A stretch of 64,000 bases of DNA from an uncultured bacterium (lineage in GTDB: Bacteria; Acidobacteriota; DATKUA01): contig CBFCZO010000008.1 of the NCBI GenBank assembly GCA_965602675.1, positions 4,334 to 68,333 on the forward strand, written 5' to 3'. The position numbers and the translations under genes are program-made. Numbering within the stretch: the first letter of the stretch is position 1; the number at the start of each line of letters is the position of its first letter. The notes beneath the pieces were generated by a model. The model was not told the origin of the DNA and made no database searches. It saw only the letters and a list, made by a program, of their open reading frames with translations. This document shows positions 57,369 to 64,000 of the stretch, one piece after another.

Positions 57369-57890
57369 TCAGTAGAATTCTGTTAGATTCTTGTCTGCGA
57401 TCACTATTCCCTCGCACGTATCGATGCTGCAGCACATCTTACAAGGGACTACTATGATCTTTTTGTTCGGATCTTTGATGGATGCGTTGAAATACTCCGT
57501 GAGCGCCTTAATGCCCTCATCACTCACGCACCTTCCATCAGGATGAGTGCTGTCAGCACATAATGCGACATAGATCCAGGTGTTATCTCCGGCTTCGGCT
57601 GAGAGCCGAGCAACCTCGCATTCCGGATTGCTACAAGTGGAAAGCATCAAACCCATCATGTCGTTGAGGCTGACTACATGGCCGCATTCTTTACACTGCA
57701 GATCGAATTTCACTGCCTGAAAGCAGCCAAGATGCTTCCAGTAGTGCTCTCCGTCATGATAGTTGTCGACAGGTGGTACCGGCTCGACTGAGAAAAACGA
57801 GGCGCGCGCTTTACATTTGTAGCATCCCTCGACTACGAGGTAACCGCTGCGGACATTGATTATGGACATACTGTGTGTACAGACACTCAT
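57369..57890 (-). CDS. Cys-rich hypothetical protein (possible Zn/Fe-S binding), first gene of the redox operon
   Basis: Start at MSVCTHSM with a strong ribosome-binding site GAGGAAGG. Multiple CxxC pairs: CYKCKA, CKECGH, CSNPEC, CKMCC and CEG. Confidence 0.5.
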   Translation of the reverse strand: MSVCTHSMSIINVRSGYLVVEGCYKCKARASFFSVEPVPPVDNYHDGEHYWKHLGCFQAVKFDLQCKECGHVVSLNDMMGLMLSTCSNPECEVARLSAEAGDNTWIYVALCADSTHPDGRCVSDEGIKALTEYFNASIKDPNKKIIVVPCKMCCSIDTCEGIVIADKNLTEFY

Positions 57891-58427
57891 TAGTCCTTCC
57901 TCATGGATTCTGAAATGAGTTATTCTCCGGTCTCCCTGCCTCCCTCCGAGTATATGATAACCAATGGACAAACGGCGCTGAGATCAGCCTCTGTGGACCA
58001 GGGTCTGATTTACTGTCGTCTTGTATAATACCCTTGTTATATTACTAATAATATACTCCGCGCACTGATGTCAACACTGGAATAAGCCGAGTCATTCCCA
58101 GGCCTCCCGCATTGCTTTTTTTGATCAGCAAGCCACTGCCGTGATCAGCTCGGGGGGTAATCGTGAGGATAAAATTACACGAAAGCGAGGTCGCCGATCC
58201 GATTGAAGTGTACGGAAATAACCCGGACGAGCCGATATGGACCACTGCCAGGGGCCGTTCTGAGTCGGGAGAAATGATCAGGCTCTTAAGAATGTTCAGT
58301 AAATGTGCAAGCAGTTGACTGCCGCATTTATATAGCACAACCGCGGGCAATCAACGGGATAGAACTGATTTAAGAGGTGAGATCATCCGTAAAATTATTA
58401 TCTGGGCAAAGCCTGCCAGATGAATAT

Positions 58428-59138
58428 CTAGACCAATCCCCGCTGTTTCATTCCACAGATAATCATGTCCACCATTTCCGAGGGGGAACAACGTGCGTTG
58501 TTGATGACCAGATCAAAATCATCTCTATGGCCCGCCTCCCGGCAGAAATGGTAGCAGAAGAATTGCTTGCGGGTTTTATCCATCATATCCACGTATTTTT
58601 CGGCTTCGTACTCGCTGTCGAAGTCGTGCTGAAGCGCAGCTTGCTCCAGGCGCCACTTTTTAGGTGCCACCATCTGCACGTGAAAACCGGCCGGCATGTC
58701 CGCACACACAAGATAACCACCGCGCCCGATAATTACTGCTCTCCCGTGCCATGCAATACATTTGATTACCCTCGCCATCCGTATGAACAGCTTGTCGCAG
58801 GAGGTTGTTTTAAGCTCCATTACCTTCAGGAATTCCTCATAATGTCTCCGGTGTTCGGGGGGCATCGAATCGATAATACGCTCCAGCAACTGATCACCCT
58901 TCGCCACCCACTCAACCAGCGTTTTGTCGAAGGCATCCCAAGGCGGCCCCGATTCAGTAATCGCCGACAGCTTATCGACCAACCGGGTTGCAGTCTCGAA
59001 CGATTCACAACCGAATTCGCGCGAAATAGTAATGAAAGGCTGCGGTTTTCCCTTCTCCAAGGGATAATCGTACTTCTTGAAAGATTCAATCCTTCGCGCA
59101 ATGACTCCCTCAACATCCATGGTGGCCAAGGTTTTCAT
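58428..59138 (-). CDS. Cytidylate-kinase-like family (AAA_28-like P-loop) protein
   Basis: FITISREFGCE... N-terminus typical of the cytidylate kinase-like family. Confidence 0.6.
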   Translation of the reverse strand: MKTLATMDVEGVIARRIESFKKYDYPLEKGKPQPFITISREFGCESFETATRLVDKLSAITESGPPWDAFDKTLVEWVAKGDQLLERIIDSMPPEHRRHYEEFLKVMELKTTSCDKLFIRMARVIKCIAWHGRAVIIGRGGYLVCADMPAGFHVQMVAPKKWRLEQAALQHDFDSEYEAEKYVDMMDKTRKQFFCYHFCREAGHRDDFDLVINNARCSPSEMVDMIICGMKQRGLV

Positions 59139-59759
59139 GGTTCGCTCCCGATGTAAACCAACAGAAATAGTGGTTTAATAAAGCTTAGTATCTGCATGAG
59201 GAGTTCGCAAGTCCGGTCTTCAGATTCATAACAATTGTAGACAAATGATTCATTTGAATTCCCGGGAAAGCTCTCTCCAGCGTCCGATCATTCCTGCAAG
59301 TCAATCGACTCGTCGGGAAACCATGGAGAGTATCGCCGTCTTATTCCGTTCCTTCATCCACAAGCCTTCCGCATATCGGCTTTGCATTACCGCGGTGCCT
59401 TCAACTCCCGCCGGATCGATTTCATTTGTTCTATTTCACCGATAAAAGAATCTCTTCGATTTGGGCCATAACTTTTACTCTTGTTTGAGAGAGGCAATAA
59501 GAGCAGTGTCGCATTTCGTTACATTTGGTTTTCCACTAGGGCGCACATATAGACTGCTTAAACAATTCGTCCGGTTTTCAGGTATTGTTTACGAGTATTA
59601 TCTTAAGACAAACCTGCACCAGGTGCGGTAGAAATCAATCTCTCATCCAGGATAAAATTGTGCTACTATCTACTCAGAGAAATTTAACTCATCAGTGTTA
59701 TCTGCGGATACGGGTGTAGCGACGCCCGGTGGACTTTATCGTTATAACCGGGGGGTTTT

Positions 59760-60920
59760 ATGCTGAAAATCCTGCTGGTCGACGACAGTCACGACGATTT
59801 TTATCTAGCTTATCGTCAACTCAAAAAGGTCAGTGAAAGCATAGTCGTCGAATGGGCCGAGTCGGGTGAGAAAGCCTTATTGCTCTTGAAGCAACTGGAA
59901 TTTGACTGCGTTCTCAGCGATTTTCAGATGCCGGGAATGGACGGTCTCGAACTGCTTAAAAACGTACGCGATCAGGGTGAGTCGATACCATTCATTTTCC
60001 TGACGGGACAGGGGAACGAGGAAATCGCCGCCCAAGCCCTGCGACAGGGCGCTAACGATTACTTCACCAAGGATATCGGCTTCGCCCACTACGACCGCTT
60101 GTTCAACAGCATTAGCAAATCGGTCAAAGCACATCTTTATGGGCTTAACAAAGTCGAGACCGAGAGGGCGCTTCACGAGAGCGAGCGAAAATACCGAACT
60201 TTAGTCGAATGCGCGAGCGATTCGATCATCATCATCCAGGACAGCCGCATCAAGTTCGTGAATCCCCGCCTGCCCAAGATCATCGGTTACTCGGTGTATG
60301 ATGTACTCGACAAGCCATTCATTAAATTCGTCTGCCCGGAGGAACAGGAAAAGGTCGACACGTACTATCAGCGGCTGATCGCCGGCGACGACTTTATCGT
60401 CAGTTATGAAACACAGCTTTGTCACAAACAGGGCGGCTTGGTAGACGTCGAAATCAACGCCAGCAGCATCGAATTCGATGGGCAGAAGGCCTCTTTGGTG
60501 TTTATCCATGACATTACGGCCCGCAAGAGAGCCGAAGCTAGGCGCTTGGCAAGTGAATTCCGATACAAGGCTATATTCGAATCCGCCGGCGATGCGATTT
60601 TCCTGATGCAGGGGGACAAGTTCATCGAGTGCAATCCGAAGACTTTGGAGATCTTCGCTTGCTCCCGGGACGACATCATCGGCAAGCCGCCATATGATTT
60701 CTCCCCGACAAAACAGCCCGACGGGCGGAGCTCGAAGGAAGCGGCCTGCGAGCTGATACGCCGCGCCTGCGACGGCGAGCCACTGGTTTTCGAGTGGCTC
60801 CATAGACGCCTTGACGGAACCGAGTTTCCTGCGGAAGTAACTCTCACTTGCCTGCACATAGAAAAAGAGAACACTCTCCTGGCAATCGTGAGAGATATTT
60901 CGGACCGCGAGAACGCTTGA
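59760..60920 (+). CDS. Response regulator with receiver plus two PAS domains (no obvious output domain)
   Basis: REC domain with LLVDDSHDD...DFQMPGMDG (phospho-accepting Asp) then two PAS-like repeats. Confidence 0.85.
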   Translation: MLKILLVDDSHDDFYLAYRQLKKVSESIVVEWAESGEKALLLLKQLEFDCVLSDFQMPGMDGLELLKNVRDQGESIPFIFLTGQGNEEIAAQALRQGANDYFTKDIGFAHYDRLFNSISKSVKAHLYGLNKVETERALHESERKYRTLVECASDSIIIIQDSRIKFVNPRLPKIIGYSVYDVLDKPFIKFVCPEEQEKVDTYYQRLIAGDDFIVSYETQLCHKQGGLVDVEINASSIEFDGQKASLVFIHDITARKRAEARRLASEFRYKAIFESAGDAIFLMQGDKFIECNPKTLEIFACSRDDIIGKPPYDFSPTKQPDGRSSKEAACELIRRACDGEPLVFEWLHRRLDGTEFPAEVTLTCLHIEKENTLLAIVRDISDRENA

Positions 60921-61042
60921 TCAGTTCCAAGGGTTAACGGGGAAGGTCCTCACGGCAAACAAACAGACGGTTGCTTTGCACGGCGCCTTCAACTGTATTA
61001 AAATCCGCCCAAGCCAAACTAACCAAATCAGGGAGGCAGCAA

Positions 61043-61558
61043 ATGTTGAAGAAGATCAGCCTGTTTGCGCTAATGCTGGCCGCGATCACATTCGCGGCAT
61101 GCGCCGGCGAGCAGGCGGAACAGCAGGACACGGAGGAAGAATCCGGAGAAGCAGCCTCCGCCGAGATGACACCAGAGCAAATCGGCGATGCAGCCGGCCA
61201 ACTCTACGCGCAGGCGATGCAGGAAGTTGTCGATTTGCTCGAGGGCCAGCCTGAGGCCGAGGAAGTGACTCCGAAGCTGGAAGAGCTGAAGGAATCTTAC
61301 GTGCAGAAACTCGTCGAGCTCGGGCACAAGCGCGAGGCTCTTGACGAGAGCGGCCGCTCGACCGTCGACCGCTCAACCATGGCGGTGTTAGGCAGAATAT
61401 CGCCAGATCTTTACGAGGCTTATAGAGCCGCGCAGCGAAACTACGCCGGCTCTGAAACCGGCAACCTGATCGCAAGCTTCAACACGATCACTCAATATAT
61501 GAACTTCGAATTACTGAAAAGGCAGGAACCGGCAGAAGCGGAGAGGCTAGGTCTTTAG
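61043..61558 (+). CDS. Hypothetical lipoprotein
   Basis: MLKKISLFALMLAAITFAAC (lipobox) with a GGGAGG ribosome-binding site. Acidic helical mature domain. Confidence 0.55.
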   Translation: MLKKISLFALMLAAITFAACAGEQAEQQDTEEESGEAASAEMTPEQIGDAAGQLYAQAMQEVVDLLEGQPEAEEVTPKLEELKESYVQKLVELGHKREALDESGRSTVDRSTMAVLGRISPDLYEAYRAAQRNYAGSETGNLIASFNTITQYMNFELLKRQEPAEAERLGL

Positions 61559-61712
61559 TCCCTGAGCGGATTGAGCGGGCAGATCGATTCCACACGGAAA
61601 CCGATTAAACTCAGACAGGATTCCAAGGCGCAAGGCGCTACACGCAAGCGGACTCTGACTTCAGGCTGAAGTCGACCGAATGGCCACCGGGGAGGATCGG
61701 AGAAAGGGCGCA

Positions 61713-61958
61713 TCAACGGCTCTCGATTTTCTTGAGAATCTCATGAAGCAGGCCGTTCATCTTCTTCAACTCGTTGAGGATCGCCTTATCGACCTCAAGC
61801 TGCATCAGTTGCTCTTCCTGGCCGCTGGCTACACGTAGCTCCGCCTCCCGGTCCCTGAAAGTCCGCACGCCCGGTTCATCGAGCTTGCTCGCAATGTCAT
61901 CCGGGCTCATGAGGTTGTCGAAATAATCCAAGCTGTCTCTTTCCCGATTGTTCACCAT
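61713..61958 (-). CDS. Hypothetical small protein
   Basis: ORF with a coiled-coil-like C-terminus. Start uncertain. Confidence 0.3.
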   Translation of the reverse strand: MVNNRERDSLDYFDNLMSPDDIASKLDEPGVRTFRDREAELRVASGQEEQLMQLEVDKAILNELKKMNGLLHEILKKIESR

Positions 61959-62363
61959 TTTCTCCTCTCCCTCGCCGGAGGCGATACTAACATGCGGCGC
62001 GGGAACAACGAGTGATGCTCCGCACATATTAAAACAGGGCAAAGCGATTCAATTTTCTTGCTCTGCCCCGTATGCGTATTCGTGCTTAAACAATTATTCT
62101 TCGTTATAAATATAGATTCTCACAGCATTGCAGTCAAGTGCATATAGCGGCCTAAGTCATTGAAAAAAGTGACGTAAATCACGTTGGAGAGGATCAAATC
62201 ACCCATGAAAGTGGAAAAAGATGGTATTGAGACACCGATAAATGCTTTTTATCGGGGATTGTCCCTCTACTTTGGCCAATTATGTCCATCTCTGTCCATC
62301 GAGAAATGAATTCTGCCGCCGTTTTTTAAGGCACTGCGGAAAAAGCTCAAATATGTTTCAATA

Positions 62364-63569
62364 ATGTCAGACTCAAAACCGGGGGATCTCCAGATGCCGG
62401 AATCAGGAACCAGTGTCCGAGAATGCAGAGTATTAATCATCGGAGCGGGGATTATCGGTTGCAGCATCGCTTACCACCTGACTCAACTAGGGCAGGAGGG
62501 GATTATAACGGTCGAAAAGGAATCGGAGCCGGGCTTGGGCTCGACGACGAAGGCTACCGGCGGCATCAGAGCCCAGTTCACCACGGAGGTTAACATCAGG
62601 ATGTCGCTGAAATCGATGGAGATCCTCGACAGGCTGCAGAATGCCACAGGCAATCAATCGATGTATAAACCGGCCGGGTACCTCTTCGTGACCGCCCACG
62701 AGAAGAGATACACCGCGATGGCCAGCGCCGTCGAGTTCCAGCGCTCCCAAGGCGTCAGCGTGGAACTGCTCAGCGGCGATGAGGTTCGCCGGATGGCCCC
62801 TCACATCCACGGCGATGACATAGTCGGGGGGAGCTTCGGTCGCCGCGACGGATTCATCGATCTCATCAGCCTGATCAACTTCTTCCAGCGAGCCTCCAGC
62901 GAGGCCGGCGTGCGATACCTTTTCAACTCAGAAGTCACGCGCATCATGCTTAATCAATCGGGACAATTCCTGGTGGCGGCCGGCAACGAGCTGATACTTG
63001 CGGATAAAGTGGTCAACGCCGCCGGAGCGCGCGCCGCGCAGATCGCGTCGATGCTGGGAGTGGAATTGCCGGTCGAGCCCGTCCGCCGGCAGATCGTCGT
63101 CAGCAATCGCTGCTTCGACATCCCAGAGCAGTCGCCGATGATGGTTGATGCCGACAGCGGCGTGCTTATCCGGAGATTCGGCGACCGGGTCTTGATCGCC
63201 TACGCGAATCCGGATGAGCCGCCGGGATTCGATGAATCCTTCGATCCGGCATTCATCGACAGGATCGCGGAGCCGGTAGAGCGTAGATTTCCGCTGGTTG
63301 CCGCCCCCGGTTACGATCTCGGCCGCTGCCGGGCGGGGCTGTACGCGGTCACTCCCGATCACCATGCGATACTCGGCGGGGCGCCGGAAATCGAGGGTTT
63401 TTATCTGGCCAACGGCTTCAGCGGTCACGGTAACATGCACTCGCCCGCCGTGGGGCTTTGTGTGGCCGAGCTAATCAGCACAGGCCGCAGCGAGAGCCTC
63501 GATATCTCGCCGCTCGGGCCTATGCGGTTCGAGCGCGGCGAAACGATTCATGAGACAATGGTGTTGTGA
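62364..63569 (+). CDS. FAD-dependent oxidoreductase (DAO family; glycine/D-amino-acid oxidase-like)
   Basis: VLIIGAGIIGCSIAYHL (GxGxxG) and the DAO fold. Confidence 0.85.
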   Translation: MSDSKPGDLQMPESGTSVRECRVLIIGAGIIGCSIAYHLTQLGQEGIITVEKESEPGLGSTTKATGGIRAQFTTEVNIRMSLKSMEILDRLQNATGNQSMYKPAGYLFVTAHEKRYTAMASAVEFQRSQGVSVELLSGDEVRRMAPHIHGDDIVGGSFGRRDGFIDLISLINFFQRASSEAGVRYLFNSEVTRIMLNQSGQFLVAAGNELILADKVVNAAGARAAQIASMLGVELPVEPVRRQIVVSNRCFDIPEQSPMMVDADSGVLIRRFGDRVLIAYANPDEPPGFDESFDPAFIDRIAEPVERRFPLVAAPGYDLGRCRAGLYAVTPDHHAILGGAPEIEGFYLANGFSGHGNMHSPAVGLCVAELISTGRSESLDISPLGPMRFERGETIHETMVL

Positions 63570-63625
63570 GCCGCTGCCGCGACGGCGCACTGCTTGGCAT
63601 ACCAGTTAACATCCAGGGGTAAAGG

Positions 63626-64000
63626 ATGATAGATGAAGAATTAACGATGATCCCGGGACCGACGCCGGTGCACGGGAGGATACTGAGAGCGCTGGCGCAG
63701 CCGACGGTGTCGCACCAATCTCCCCGTTTGGTGAAGGCCTACAGCGAATGCCTCGACGATCTACGCAGGGTTGCGGGAAGCCCGGAATCCCTGCCGTTCG
63801 TTTTCGCCGGCGGCGGTACGCTCTCGATGGAGGTCGCCCTGGTCAATATCGTCAAACCGGAAGACAAAATTCTGGTGATCTCGCAGGGTTATTTCGGCGA
63901 CCGCTACGCCGAGCTAGCTTCGGCTTTCGGCATCGACTGCGATCTCCTGCAGGCCGAATGGGGACAGATCGTCCCGCCTGAAGAAGTCGAACGCCTGTTG
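63626..64000 (+). CDS. Class V aminotransferase (serine-pyruvate/alanine-glyoxylate type), 5' part running off the window end
   Basis: MIDEELTMIPGPTPVHGRILRALAQPTVSHQSPRLV... typical AGXT-family N-terminus. No stop before the window end. Confidence 0.75.
   Translation, partial: MIDEELTMIPGPTPVHGRILRALAQPTVSHQSPRLVKAYSECLDDLRRVAGSPESLPFVFAGGGTLSMEVALVNIVKPEDKILVISQGYFGDRYAELASAFGIDCDLLQAEWGQIVPPEEVERLL

Noticed and set aside
58045-58350. 101-aa minus-strand ORF in the leader of the redox operon
   Set aside because: No ribosome-binding site. Composition is unlike neighbouring genes. It lies in a region better explained as promoter or leader.
1-64000. CRISPR arrays, restriction-modification systems, toxin-antitoxin pairs, reverse transcriptases
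   Set aside because: I scanned for regularly spaced direct repeats and for hallmark motifs of defence genes. The only repeats found are the irregular three-copy element at 166-372 and the paralogous ABC permease genes.

Overview
This is a GC-rich (~60%) bacterial chromosomal window with the gene content of an anaerobe; I could not assign the lineage from sequence alone. It is densely coding on both strands.

Recognisable housekeeping genes:
- tenA (thiaminase II)
- def-fmt
- smc
- an acyl-CoA thioesterase
- a very reduced division cluster, mraZ-ORF57-ORF50-ftsA-ftsZ, with a divergent FtsZ
- rlmN
- citrate synthase
- hflK-hflC
- tRNA-Thr(CGU)

Regulatory and signalling genes:
- a Crp/Fnr regulator
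- a chemoreceptor (MCP) whose periplasmic sensor carries a CxxCH heme-c motif
- a PAS-GGDEF diguanylate cyclase
- a REC-PAS-PAS response regulator

Envelope and secreted proteins:
- a GT4 glycosyltransferase
- two BNR/Asp-box secreted proteins, one Tat-dependent
- DUF1028 and DUF362 proteins
- a NatAB-like ABC-2 pair
- a run of small membrane proteins around a VanZ-like gene

Two regions stand out:
- At 3.6-10.3 kb, a minus-strand operon of one ABC ATPase plus four tandem paralogous ABC-2-type permeases in an A-B-A-B arrangement. Each permease has two predicted periplasmic domains, including a ~200-aa helical insertion between TM5 and TM6 with a conserved SPxxAxxFAVQxLAxxG motif, and ends in RYDVR. 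This is the best candidate here for an undescribed envelope system.
- At 47.3-57.9 kb, a ~10.6 kb minus-strand operon:
  - Redox subunits: NuoE/NuoF/NuoG-like proteins and NfnAB/SudAB-like proteins.
  - Regulatory genes: a HydS-like sensory [FeFe]-hydrogenase-like protein, a serine-kinase-like HATPase and DRTGG proteins.
  - No catalytic hydrogenase gene is visible in the window.

Other observations:
- a degenerate tandem repeat between two convergent TenA-like genes
- putative MraZ operator repeats
- a ~540-nt transcribed but apparently non-coding GC-rich tail downstream of ftsZ, ending in an intrinsic terminator
- several unannotated ATGA-coupled small ORFs

No CRISPR arrays, transposases or integrases were seen. 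Coordinates I derived myself (not from the ORF track) may be off by a few nucleotides.
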